Below, one piece after another: positions 17,804 through 27,598 of a stretch of 39,851 nucleotides of DNA. The position numbers and the translations under genes are program-made. The stretch lies in assembly GCA_030587475.2 (NCBI GenBank), contig JAUQYZ020000243.1, positions 1 through 39,851 on the forward strand, written 5' to 3'. The notes beneath the pieces are model-generated. The model was not told where the DNA came from and did no database searches. It saw only the letters and a program-made list of their open reading frames with translations. Positions within the stretch are counted from its first letter, which is position 1. Every line of letters starts with the position of its first letter. The stretch is from Candidatus Sigynarchaeum calidifontis. GTDB taxonomy: Archaea > Asgardarchaeota > Lokiarchaeia > Sigyniarchaeales > Sigyniarchaeaceae.

Positions 17804-19252
17804 ATGTCCATGGATTATGCAGAATTGATGCAAAAGCTCAAGGCACTCGCCGATGGGCCTATCATTCCCCTCCCAGACAATGTCAAATCTGACGCGTTGA
17901 GACAATACGATCAACGGTTCAAGAGATCGAAGGAACTGGCCATCGAGGCCAAGAAATACATACCAGGCGGCCACGAGCACCAGAATGCCATCAAATTTCC
18001 CTTCACGATCTTCATGCAAAAAGCGCAAGACGCCTATCTCTATGACATCGACGGTAACCGGTTCGTCGATTATCTCATGGCATCTGGTCCCATAATACTT
18101 GGTCACAACTATCCCGAGCTGCGCGATTTCGTCGTGGATGTAATCAAGGAGCGGGGACCGATCACGGGGGTCATGGTCGATTACGAGGTCATGGCTGCAA
18201 AGGAGATAATCAAGCACGTGAAAAGCATCGAGCGCGTTCGCTTTTATCAATCCGGAACGGAAGTCGGCATGGCGGCTGCCCGGCTCGCCCGCTGCTTCAC
18301 GGGGAAAGAATACATCATCAAGGTGGGGGGATCATATCACGGCTGGTCCGACACGCTCGTCTACGACTTGCACTTGCCCGGCTCGGCCAACATGTTCTCC
18401 TACGGCATCCCGAAGGGTGCCATCGACAAGACGCTGTCCGTGAAGCCCAACGATGCCCGCCGTATAGAGAAACTCATCACGCTCTATGGTAAAGAAGGCA
18501 AGGGCGGCGTGGCGGCCGTGTTCCTCGAGGGCCTTGGTGGCGACGGCGGCACGTGGTACGTCCCGCCCGAGTTCTACAAGGAGGTGCGGGAAATTTGCGA
18601 CAAGCACGGGGTATTGCTGGTCATGGACGAGGTCATCACGGGTTTCCGGCTTGCCATGGGCGGGGCGCAAGAATATTTCGGCGTGAGAGCGGACATCACG
18701 ATGCTCGGCAAGATCGTCGGGCATGGTTATCCGTCAGCTGGCGCGCTTGGTGGGCGGGCAGACATCATGGGCTATCTCGGTGCTCAAGCTGAAAGCATCG
18801 ATGGAAAGAAGCAAGCGATAGAGAGATCCGTCATGACCGCGGGCACCATGGCTGGTAACACGCTCACGTGTGCCGCCGCGTGGAAAGCGATACAGCTCAT
18901 CGAGAAAACCGACGCGATCAACGTGGCCGGGCGAGCAGCGACCAAGATCTGCAATGGCATTAATGATATCTTCCAGCGCGCCTCTCTACCCTTCGTGGCC
19001 TACAATTTCCAATCCATCATTCACATGCCGATGACCGCGTTCTATTTCGTGAACATGAACCGCCCCGACGCGTTGCAGCAAGTCGACTTGCGACGCAAGA
19101 CGCTGCAAGATTACCAGATGCTGCTTGCCCTGGAAGGCATCAATTCCTTGCAAGCAATGCGATATTACACGTGTTTAATGCACGATAACCAAGCGATCTA
19201 TGATGAAACGTTCAAGGCATTTGAGAGCTTTTGCAAAAAGCTCACACATTGA
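17804..19252 (+). CDS. Class III PLP aminotransferase (HemL/GSA-aminomutase-like, divergent)
   Basis: Motifs YDIDGNRFVDY, SGTE, GSYHG, LVMDEVITGFR, LGKIVGHGYP, GTMAGN. Confidence 0.88.
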   Translation: MSMDYAELMQKLKALADGPIIPLPDNVKSDALRQYDQRFKRSKELAIEAKKYIPGGHEHQNAIKFPFTIFMQKAQDAYLYDIDGNRFVDYLMASGPIILGHNYPELRDFVVDVIKERGPITGVMVDYEVMAAKEIIKHVKSIERVRFYQSGTEVGMAAARLARCFTGKEYIIKVGGSYHGWSDTLVYDLHLPGSANMFSYGIPKGAIDKTLSVKPNDARRIEKLITLYGKEGKGGVAAVFLEGLGGDGGTWYVPPEFYKEVREICDKHGVLLVMDEVITGFRLAMGGAQEYFGVRADITMLGKIVGHGYPSAGALGGRADIMGYLGAQAESIDGKKQAIERSVMTAGTMAGNTLTCAAAWKAIQLIEKTDAINVAGRAATKICNGINDIFQRASLPFVAYNFQSIIHMPMTAFYFVNMNRPDALQQVDLRRKTLQDYQMLLALEGINSLQAMRYYTCLMHDNQAIYDETFKAFESFCKKLTH

Positions 19253-19269
19253 ATCTTGGGGAGAGAAGT

Positions 19270-19443
19270 ATGATGCAATCAAAGATTGTTCAGATCAACC
19301 TATCCACGGGAAAAGTGTCAAGCGATGACGTGAAGCAAGATGACGTTCAAACCTTGAAACACGTGATACATCGCGGGGAAGGTCGCGGGGAGCATTGCTT
19401 TTTATGGATTCTTGTCGAATATTTGATCCAGTCTTGGATGTAG
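19270..19443 (+). pseudogene. Remnant of an AOR 5' end
   Basis: MMQSKIVQINLSTGKVSSDDVKQDD matches the N-terminus of the AOR at 19462 at 14 of 25 residues, then degenerates. Confidence 0.7.
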
Positions 19444-19461
19444 CAAGATCGGGGATATGCG

Positions 19462-21312
19462 ATGGTACAATCGAAAATCTTACGGGTCAATTTATCCACG
19501 GAAAGCGTTTCCATCGAGAACACGAAGCAAGAAGACTTGGAACTATATATCGGGGGCCAAGGCGTCGCGGCGGCTATGTTCACCCGCGAGGTAGCACCGG
19601 GCACGGATGCATTCGACCCGGCGAACGAGATCATCTTCTCTGTCGGTCCTTTTTGCGGCACCGCCGTCCCACTATGCGGGAGGCACTTCGTGCTATCGAA
19701 ATCGCCGCTCACGGGGCTGATCGGCGAGGCATCGTCCGGCGGGTTCTTCGGCAAGGAGTTGAAATGCACCGGCTTCGACCATGTCGTCATCACGGGCAAG
19801 AGCGCCAAGCCTGTCTATCTCTTGATAAAGGATGGTACCGCCAGCATCAAGGACGCGTCGGAACTGTGGGGGAAGGGCACGCGCGCCACGGAAGCAAGGA
19901 TCAAGAAGGAACTCGGGGACAACACGGTCAAGATAGCATCCATAGGCCCCGCGGGTGAAAACCTCGTGCGGTTTGCCTCCATCATGAACGAGCACGACCG
20001 TGCCGCGGGTCGCTGCGGGCTCGGCGCTGTCATGGGTGCCAAGATGCTGAAGGCGATCGCGGTGAAGGGCACGGGCAAGGCACCAGTGGAGAACGAGGAC
20101 GCGCTCAAGGAGGCATCGCAAAAGCTACGGGATCTCATCAAGACCAGCCCCCAAGCGATTGCCTACAGCTCGTTCGGGACGCCGTCTGGCATGGATAGCA
20201 TGGAGTCCTATGGCGACATACCCGTCAACAACTACCGCGAGAGCAGGTGGAAGGGAAACAAGGGACTCGGCGCCGAGGCGCTCGCCAAGCGCGGCGAGAT
20301 CAAGAAACACGGTTGCTTCAATTGCCCTGTCGCTTGCACGGGGCTGGTCAAGCATGGCGAGGAGCTCGTGCGCTGGCCGGAGTACGAGACGCTCGCGATG
20401 CTCGGATCGAACTTGCTCGTCGGCGACCTCGAATCCATCATCCGCTGGAACGTTATGGTCAACGATCTTGGCATGGACACGATTTCACTCGGAGCGGTAA
20501 TCGGTGCATTCCTCGAGGCTATTGAAAAGGGACTTCTTTCGGTTAACCTCGACGAGCTCGGGTTCACGAAGGAGGTCATCCCGGAGAAAGGTGAGACCTA
20601 CAAAATCTGGGGGTCAGTACCCGCCATCGAAAAATTAATCGCCATGGTCGCTCGCCGGGAGGGCATCGGGAACGATCTTGCGGAGGGCACGAAAAGATTC
20701 GTGAAGGCGAGGAATTTGCCCTCCGAACTCGCGACGCACGGGAAGGGGCTCGAGGTGCCCGCGCACGAGCCACGCGCTTGCGACATGACGGCACTCGACT
20801 ATGCAACGACGCCTCGAGGCGCGTACCATTGTTACATGCCCGTCCATCTCATCGTTAACATGAACCTGAAGAAGGACATCGGCATCGACAAGGCGGTTGA
20901 CCGTTTCAGCGCGAACACGGCCGATGGCAAGAATGGCCTCGATGTCACGGCGGAGGTAGTAGTGAAGATGCAAGATGCGGCCGAGGCCTATTCGGCATGC
21001 GGTGGATGCATGTTCGGTTTCGAATTCGTTTCCGAAGTCACGCCATGGCTGGCGGCATTGAACGCGATCACGGGCAAGGTCCGGACGCTCGATGATTGGA
21101 TGCACGCGGGCCGGCGGCTGATCGACTTGAAACGATCCTACAGCATCAAATGTGGCATCACGAAGGCGGATGACACGCTCGGCCCGCGATTTTTCCAGGC
21201 CATCCCGAAGGGAGGCACGAAGCAGCACGTCCCGCCCCTCGACCAGCTCTTGCCGCGATACTACGCGCTTCGAGGCTGGGATCCCGAAGGCCGCCCTCGA
21301 AATGCGACATGA
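19462..21312 (+). CDS. aor: Aldehyde:ferredoxin oxidoreductase family (tungstopterin) enzyme
   Basis: Motifs KSPLTG, SIGPAGENLV, AAGRCGLGAVMG, CFNCPVAC, PEYET, NDLGMDTIS, YYALRGWD. Confidence 0.93.
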   Translation: MVQSKILRVNLSTESVSIENTKQEDLELYIGGQGVAAAMFTREVAPGTDAFDPANEIIFSVGPFCGTAVPLCGRHFVLSKSPLTGLIGEASSGGFFGKELKCTGFDHVVITGKSAKPVYLLIKDGTASIKDASELWGKGTRATEARIKKELGDNTVKIASIGPAGENLVRFASIMNEHDRAAGRCGLGAVMGAKMLKAIAVKGTGKAPVENEDALKEASQKLRDLIKTSPQAIAYSSFGTPSGMDSMESYGDIPVNNYRESRWKGNKGLGAEALAKRGEIKKHGCFNCPVACTGLVKHGEELVRWPEYETLAMLGSNLLVGDLESIIRWNVMVNDLGMDTISLGAVIGAFLEAIEKGLLSVNLDELGFTKEVIPEKGETYKIWGSVPAIEKLIAMVARREGIGNDLAEGTKRFVKARNLPSELATHGKGLEVPAHEPRACDMTALDYATTPRGAYHCYMPVHLIVNMNLKKDIGIDKAVDRFSANTADGKNGLDVTAEVVVKMQDAAEAYSACGGCMFGFEFVSEVTPWLAALNAITGKVRTLDDWMHAGRRLIDLKRSYSIKCGITKADDTLGPRFFQAIPKGGTKQHVPPLDQLLPRYYALRGWDPEGRPRNAT

Positions 21313-21420
21313 GGCTTTTAATTCATTTTTTTAATAAATCCTTAAAAATCCTATCTGTGATACTGAATCTAGTTGATATTATCATCTTATTTACAAAAGA
21401 TGGACTAGGATGAGAGCTTT

Positions 21421-22080
21421 ATGGAAAACAGTGGAATCAACAAGCACTTTGTCAGCTTAATCGTAATGTATTTCGCATGGGTCGGTCTTTGCACTACCAT
21501 TGTCTCGTTACTCATAATTCAGGCTAAAGCACAAGTTGATCTCGGTGGCGACGTGGATATTACATCGATAGTCGGGATAATCCTCGCTTCCACGTTCGGT
21601 TTTGGTGTTGCCGGGTTAGGCATCGTGCTTTCAATAATAGGGCTCAATTTATACAAGAAAAAGCCTGATGTGGCCAAGGGTTTCGGTATTGCCAACTTCG
21701 TGTTCATTTTAACAGGTCTGGGAACCATGGTCGCTGGATCGATAATGATCAGCATAGGCTTTGCTAATATATTCGAATGTATAGAGCATCCTTATAGCCC
21801 GGCATGGTTGGAAAAATGTCAACAAGATCTCGTCTTCCAAATAGTGATCGTCATTTGCATGGTTGTTATGGCCTTACTGTCTGTCATCGGGATCGTGGGC
21901 TGCGTGAAGATTGTAAGTAAATTGAACCAATTCGCGCCGCGTACAGGATTCGTTCAAGCCCCTGCCGCATCGGCACAACCTGTTGCTTCAACTGGATCGA
22001 AGGGTAACTTTTGCTCGGCATGCGGCGCTGAAAATCCGCAAGATTCCAAGTTCTGCAAAAAATGCGGCGCAGCCATGTAA
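21421..22080 (+). CDS. 4-TM membrane protein with C-terminal zinc ribbon
   Basis: Four hydrophobic segments, A/P/Q/S linker, FCSACGAENPQDSKFCKKCG. Confidence 0.8.
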   Translation: MENSGINKHFVSLIVMYFAWVGLCTTIVSLLIIQAKAQVDLGGDVDITSIVGIILASTFGFGVAGLGIVLSIIGLNLYKKKPDVAKGFGIANFVFILTGLGTMVAGSIMISIGFANIFECIEHPYSPAWLEKCQQDLVFQIVIVICMVVMALLSVIGIVGCVKIVSKLNQFAPRTGFVQAPAASAQPVASTGSKGNFCSACGAENPQDSKFCKKCGAAM

Positions 22081-22290
22081 TAGTCTCGTCTTGCAACTCT
22101 ATCTTACTTTTCTTTCTGTCTCACCAAATATTTTTACGAAAAATGGCAGCCGGGACAAGGGAAGAGTATCGTTCTAGGTGCACGTTTATGTCGGCAAGGA
22201 AAAGGACAGAACGCTTTATAGTCACGCGTGGGGATCTGTTCTCAACACAGTAATGTTCATGATCGAAAACGAGCGAGGACGTAAAACAAC

Positions 22291-24129
22291 ATGTCAATCA
22301 ACATGAAACTCTTGAAAATTGACCTTACAAACGGAAAATCGAGCACCTTGCCTCTTGACAAGTCGCTTTACAAGGCATTCGTCGGGGGCGCGGGAATGGC
22401 AGCACGGATCTTGTACCCGATGCTCAACGTGCGTATAGATGCATTGTCTCCTGCCAATCCTCTTCTTTTTATGGCTGGCGCGTTGGCTGGCACGCTTGCG
22501 CCGAATTTCGGGCGACACGTCGTTTGTGCTCGATCCCCGTTGACTGGCATTTGGGGCGAGTCCAATTGCGGAGGCACGTGGGGGGCGGAGCTCAAGCTGG
22601 CGGGCTGGGACGGCATATTGCTGCTCGGCGCGGCAAAAGATTGGACACAAGTGGTGATCAAGGACGATGATGTCCAGTTACTCGATGCACGAACCCTTGC
22701 TGGAAAGCGCGTGACCGAAACCGAAGCGACGATAAAGAAAGACATCGGCGAGAACAAGCTCAAGATATCGAGTATCGGCCCTGCCGGCGAGCACCTTGTC
22801 AAATACGCCGCAATCATCTCCGATGAAGGCCGCGCGGCAGGACGCACGGGCATGGGCGCGGTCATGGGATCCAAGAAGGTCAAAGCAATTTCGATAATCG
22901 GGACAAAAAAACCAACGATCGCGGATCCGGCGAAGTTTAACGAGGCCAAGCAACAGCTGCAGCAAGAAATCAAGGATAACTTCACGCTGAACATGTTCAG
23001 TGATCTTGGCAATGCGGGCTATGTTGACATGGCTAGCGTGACCGGGGATCTTGCGTTCAAATATTTCACCAAAGGCGAATGGGACGGTGCATATGATATC
23101 TCCGGTGCGAGTATGAAAGAATCGATTCTCAAGAAACAATTCTTCTGCAAGCAATGCATCGTCGGCTGCGGTCGCATCGTCGATGTGCCGGAGGGCAAGT
23201 ACAAGACCCCCGGCCCAGTGCATGGTCCAGAATACGAGACTATCGGAGCCTTCGGTGCAACCATGCTCTGCCGGGATCTCAAGGCTATCGCCCAGGCGAA
23301 CTATTTATGCAACGACTTCGGTGTCGACACGATCAGTTGCGGTGTTTCCATCGGGTTTGCCTATTATTTGCAAGAAAAGGGCTTGTTGCCTCCAGCCAAG
23401 ATCGAGGGCTTAAAACTCGAATGGGGGAATCTAGATCCTGCCATCGCCTTGATAAGCAAGATTGCCAATCGAGAGGGCATCGGAAACGTTCTAGCCGAGG
23501 GCGTGATGGGCATCGCGGGGCATTTCGGCGTTCCTTTCGACGAGGCCGCTGCAGTTAATGGAATGGAGGTGCCGTTCCATGATGCACGCGCATATGTTGG
23601 TTCGGCTTTGGAATATGCGACGTCGCATCGAGGAGCATGCCACCAGTCTGCCCAGTATTACTTGACAAGCATGGGCGCGCCGTTTCCAGACTGGGGCATC
23701 ATGCCCATCGATCGATTCGAGCACGAGGGTGTTGCTGAATGCGTCGCCAAGCTTCAAGACATGCGGGCAGTCTTCCAGTCCTTGTCGCTCTGTAATTTCG
23801 TTGTGCCGAGCTCCGCCACGCTTCTGGCAGATTTGTTTTCGTCGGCGACGGGGGTGCCAATGACGAGGGAGGAGCTCATCCTCGCGGGCGAGCGGATCTG
23901 GACCTTGCGCCGCCTCATCAACTTGAATCTTGGATATTCGCCCACGTCAGAGAAGTTGCCGGCCATCTTGCTGAAACCGCTCGAGGGGGGAACGAGCGGG
24001 ACGGTTCCAAACCTTGAAAAGATGCTGGCAGAATGGTACGCGTATCGTGGCTGGAATCGGGCTACTGGAAAGCCTCCAGAATCCAAGATCAAGAGCCTGG
24101 GATTGCATGAGCTCAAATCAATTGTTTGA
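22291..24129 (+). CDS. aor: Aldehyde:ferredoxin oxidoreductase family enzyme, second paralog
   Basis: Motifs RSPLTG, SIGPAGE, AAGRTGMGAVMGSK, CKQCIVGC, GPEYET, GVDTIS, RGACH, WYAYRGW. Confidence 0.93.
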   Translation: MSINMKLLKIDLTNGKSSTLPLDKSLYKAFVGGAGMAARILYPMLNVRIDALSPANPLLFMAGALAGTLAPNFGRHVVCARSPLTGIWGESNCGGTWGAELKLAGWDGILLLGAAKDWTQVVIKDDDVQLLDARTLAGKRVTETEATIKKDIGENKLKISSIGPAGEHLVKYAAIISDEGRAAGRTGMGAVMGSKKVKAISIIGTKKPTIADPAKFNEAKQQLQQEIKDNFTLNMFSDLGNAGYVDMASVTGDLAFKYFTKGEWDGAYDISGASMKESILKKQFFCKQCIVGCGRIVDVPEGKYKTPGPVHGPEYETIGAFGATMLCRDLKAIAQANYLCNDFGVDTISCGVSIGFAYYLQEKGLLPPAKIEGLKLEWGNLDPAIALISKIANREGIGNVLAEGVMGIAGHFGVPFDEAAAVNGMEVPFHDARAYVGSALEYATSHRGACHQSAQYYLTSMGAPFPDWGIMPIDRFEHEGVAECVAKLQDMRAVFQSLSLCNFVVPSSATLLADLFSSATGVPMTREELILAGERIWTLRRLINLNLGYSPTSEKLPAILLKPLEGGTSGTVPNLEKMLAEWYAYRGWNRATGKPPESKIKSLGLHELKSIV

Positions 24130-24276
24130 TCGCATGCAATTGATGGTCCTATCAATTTTACTGCCAGCGAGAAGTTTTCTATCTCGATTTTCTTTTTCCA
24201 GATCGTTCCAAAATCGATATTACGGTGCGCCATGATAGTTTTATTTGAAATCGAGACGAATTCCTTGTGAAACCAC

Positions 24277-25698
24277 ATGTCCGAAACTAGCAATCCCCCA
24301 CCATCGCGCACGCTTCTCGGCTGGCGCTTGGTCTTGTTTGCAATTGGCACATTGGGGCAAATGGCTCCGATTGGCTTTTACAACACGTACGCGACCACCT
24401 TCTATAACTTGACCGTCGGGCTTAATCCCACCATCACGTTTACGGGGCTATTCCTTGGACTGACCACGTTTGCCGTCATGGCACCTGTTTTTGGCACGAT
24501 AGTCGATAATAAATCGCCGGGGCGGCTTGGAAAACGCAAGCCGTTCTTGCTCCTGGGCATTCCGCTCATCATCGTGCTCATGATAGTCGCATGGATGCCC
24601 CCGCTGTGCCCGATGGAGGGGGGCGTGATCGTCGACCCGAACTACATGCCGACGACGGTGTATTACCTCGTCGTGACGCTGCTCGTGTATTTGAACCAGG
24701 CGTTGCTGGTCAGCACGTACCTGTCAATGCTCTCGGAGCAATCAACGGATCAAGATAACCGCGTCAAGATAGCGACGCTCCAAGGTATCTTCAGCATCAT
24801 CGGCACCGTGCTCTCGATCCTCGTCCCGATCACCCTGGAGAGCAAGCTCGTCGATCGAACCAACACCTACTGGTTTACCGTTTCTGGCCAGTATCTCACG
24901 TCAATATTACCAGTGGTCGGGGTCATTTTCGCGTTGGTCGGCGCGGGTTCCTTCATCGCGGTGTACCTGGCATCGGACGAGTCGTTCCTCGCCACGCGTG
25001 CCACCAAGGAACGGCCACGAACAGCCCTCCGAGAAACCTTCAGCCAGATCGCAGCCCCCTTTTCCGACAAGAACTACCGATATTGGCTCGGTAACGCCTT
25101 TTTCTTCAACATGGCGATCCGCATCTTGATCGTCATCTTGATCCCCGTCATGCGCTTTGTGCTCGAGTTGGAAGAAAATCAAAACATCTGGTTTTTCGTT
25201 GCCATCATTCCTTTCGCCCTCGGCGGATATGTCCTCTGGGCTCGGAAGATAAAAACATCAGGGCTGAAGGCATCCTATGGCTTGAGCTTGCTCGTGAACG
25301 TCATCTTCGCATTCGTCGCGCTGGTTTTCCTCATACCGATGGAGCCGGGAATCCGGTTCGCTCTCGGTGCCGTCGTCTTGGGCATGTTGATATCCTCGCT
25401 CGTCGGCGGGTACTTGTTTCCGAACCCCATCGTGAGCACGCTGGTCGATAGAGCGCCCTCCGCGATGCGGGCAAGGGCGGACGCGCTCGGGCGCGGGATA
25501 TCGGGGAGTTACTTCGGCTTGTACATTTTCTCTTATAACATATCGCAAGCGCTCACCAACATCATCCTGCTATTCATCATCACGCAAGAGACGAAGACGA
25601 ACCCCCTCTACATCCTGGCAACCCTTCCAGTCGCGGGGATCCTCGTGTTGATTTCTTACTTGTTTCTTCGCAAGCTCGACTTGCCAAAAATGAAGTAG
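24277..25698 (+). CDS. MFS transporter, MelB/GPH-like
   Basis: About 12 TM segments; PVFGTIVDNKSPGRLGKRKPFLL loop motif; GSYFG. Confidence 0.85.
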   Translation: MSETSNPPPSRTLLGWRLVLFAIGTLGQMAPIGFYNTYATTFYNLTVGLNPTITFTGLFLGLTTFAVMAPVFGTIVDNKSPGRLGKRKPFLLLGIPLIIVLMIVAWMPPLCPMEGGVIVDPNYMPTTVYYLVVTLLVYLNQALLVSTYLSMLSEQSTDQDNRVKIATLQGIFSIIGTVLSILVPITLESKLVDRTNTYWFTVSGQYLTSILPVVGVIFALVGAGSFIAVYLASDESFLATRATKERPRTALRETFSQIAAPFSDKNYRYWLGNAFFFNMAIRILIVILIPVMRFVLELEENQNIWFFVAIIPFALGGYVLWARKIKTSGLKASYGLSLLVNVIFAFVALVFLIPMEPGIRFALGAVVLGMLISSLVGGYLFPNPIVSTLVDRAPSAMRARADALGRGISGSYFGLYIFSYNISQALTNIILLFIITQETKTNPLYILATLPVAGILVLISYLFLRKLDLPKMK

Positions 25699-25879
25699 TT
25701 TCCTTTTTATTTTTGAATATTGAAACTCGATCGGTCGCGTGTGTGCATTTCATCTTGGTACACGAGAACCAGCGCAAAAATCTTTCACGCGCGTTCTCAA
25801 GGATGAGCATGCCTACCGAACTCATCCAGGTGATCGCGATCCCCCTTCCAGAATCCTTTAATTATTCTTAATAGAATAA

Positions 25880-26695
25880 ATGTTCATGGCAGACGAAAAC
25901 GCTATCTTTAAATTCTTCAAAGGCACGTTTTCGAGGAAAACGATGCTCACGCGTCTCGTTCCCTCCATTCTTGCAATTTTGCTCGTGACTTTGTTCATAG
26001 CAGGCTTGATGTTCCCAAAGGCGTATGATTGGCGTTATCTCGTGATCTCGGCGCTCTTGAGCACGCAGCACAATCCAATCTGGAACGCATTTCCAGCGAT
26101 AGGAATGACCGTGGGGGGAATCTTGATGATAGGAATGCTTGGCTATTACCAGAAGAGGCTGGGGAAGATCTGCCGCGGGACAACGGGCGTGGGAACCGCT
26201 TTCTTGCTCGTCGCCATCATCGGCCTCATCGGTGTCGGCACGATCGGGCAAGCGGGCGAGTTGATCCCCGAATTCCACGCCATCCTCGTCGATGCCGGGC
26301 TCGAGAAACTGCACGAATACCTGGCTGCGCTCGGTTTTCTTGGCGTGGTCTTCACGGCTATCTTCTACAGTTGTCCCATTTTAAAGGATCATTTCCGAGG
26401 CGCGAAACAATTCAACATGCGCATCTTCTTGGCCAGCCTCGTTCCGATCCTCGTCGGCGTCGTGGGGTTGGCCTTGAGTTCCTTGTATACCGCGCTTACA
26501 GAATGGGGGAGTCCTCTGGGGAATCCAGCAAATCCCCGTGTCGAGGATGCTGGTAAATATCCTGCATGGATCAGCTTTGCCTTTTGGGAATGGATACTTT
26601 TCATTGGCGTGGTTATTTACATCGTCATGCTCGCGGTCCTGGTTCCTGAAACCGTGATACCATTCGAAAAACGCAATAAAGAAATGAAAGGATGA
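25880..26695 (+). CDS. Polytopic membrane protein (DUF998-like)
   Basis: About 6 TM; YDWRYLVISAL, LHEYLA, FWEW. Start at 25880 or 25886. Confidence 0.6.
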   Translation: MFMADENAIFKFFKGTFSRKTMLTRLVPSILAILLVTLFIAGLMFPKAYDWRYLVISALLSTQHNPIWNAFPAIGMTVGGILMIGMLGYYQKRLGKICRGTTGVGTAFLLVAIIGLIGVGTIGQAGELIPEFHAILVDAGLEKLHEYLAALGFLGVVFTAIFYSCPILKDHFRGAKQFNMRIFLASLVPILVGVVGLALSSLYTALTEWGSPLGNPANPRVEDAGKYPAWISFAFWEWILFIGVVIYIVMLAVLVPETVIPFEKRNKEMKG

Positions 26696-26760
26696 GATAA
26701 GCCGTCTTACTCTCTTCAAACCTTGCTTTTTTCTGTTTTTCCTCGCATGCGTGCCCGGGC

Positions 26761-27483
26761 TCATGGCGAGCCCGCCGGATGGCCCCCGGGGCGTGGATGG
26801 CTTGCCGCGTGGGCAAACGGTGTCTTGTCCTTGATCTCGACGGCCTTGCATAGATACCCGAATGGGTACTTGTCTTGATGGAGATGGAAAGCATCCATGG
26901 CGAATAATTCCCTTGCGGCGAGTAAAAACTGGTAATATGGATTTCCAGGGAAAACCTTGACGATCACTGCATTGAACTGGAAGCTGGGGTACTTGGGGGC
27001 CTCGCCTGTATAGAGTAACGATATCCGGGGATTTCGCTCCATGTTTTTTGCGGTCTGGCCCTCGAATATCTCGAGGCCGCCGAGCATGCACGTGTCGAAA
27101 TTGTCCACGTCGCTGTAAAAGGTCTCCATTGCCTTCAACCGTGCCGGCAAGGTTTCTTGAACCGGCTTTCCGGCACTCTCCAACCGTGCTTTATCGAGCA
27201 TGTCCGTGAAGAACGCGATCTTTTCTTGCTTGGGGACGACTCCCATGCCGCGTGTCGACAAGTTCACGGGGAAATCGTTTTCATTCCCTTCGGGATCCCA
27301 CGTCGCGAGCACCGGCAAGTGCGCTGGCTGGGCTCGCACCTGGCTCGCGCCACCCTGGGCCATGGCCTTGAACATGCGCACGCGCGCTTCGGATTGCCAC
27401 TCGAGGAATGACCGTGGAAGCGCCACGGTCGAAAACGTGCGCTTTTTTCCCCCAATCGTTATTTCGATGATGTTTTCTCCCAT
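26761..27483 (-). CDS. Pyridoxamine 5'-phosphate oxidase-like (FMN-binding split barrel) protein
   Basis: PVLAT, GQTAKNMERNPRISLLY, SFQFN. Confidence 0.65.
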   Translation of the reverse strand: MGENIIEITIGGKKRTFSTVALPRSFLEWQSEARVRMFKAMAQGGASQVRAQPAHLPVLATWDPEGNENDFPVNLSTRGMGVVPKQEKIAFFTDMLDKARLESAGKPVQETLPARLKAMETFYSDVDNFDTCMLGGLEIFEGQTAKNMERNPRISLLYTGEAPKYPSFQFNAVIVKVFPGNPYYQFLLAARELFAMDAFHLHQDKYPFGYLCKAVEIKDKTPFAHAASHPRPGGHPAGSP

Positions 27484-27512
27484 TTGTCGTCATCTTGCGT
27501 CAGGATACATGT

Positions 27513-27535
27513 ACGACCGCATCGGTCGTTATAAA
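27513..27535. promoter_or_regulatory. Palindromic operator candidate abutting a TATA box
   Basis: ACGACCG-cat-CGGTCGT (27513-27529) running into TTATAAA (27529-27535), between divergent genes. Confidence 0.5.
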
Positions 27536-27598
27536 GGATACGATGATTAACCATGCCGGCGATCAGCTTGATGACGAACGCGAACGCGTGGTTTGGCA

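Noticed and set aside
17804-19252. Calling the gene hemL
   Set aside because: Divergent motifs, an N-terminal extension and no tetrapyrrole neighbours, so only a family-level call is supported.
19441-19443. Pyrrolysine read-through of TAG into AOR
   Set aside because: The upstream ORF is a degenerate duplicate of the N-terminus, the AOR is complete without it, and no pyl genes are in view.
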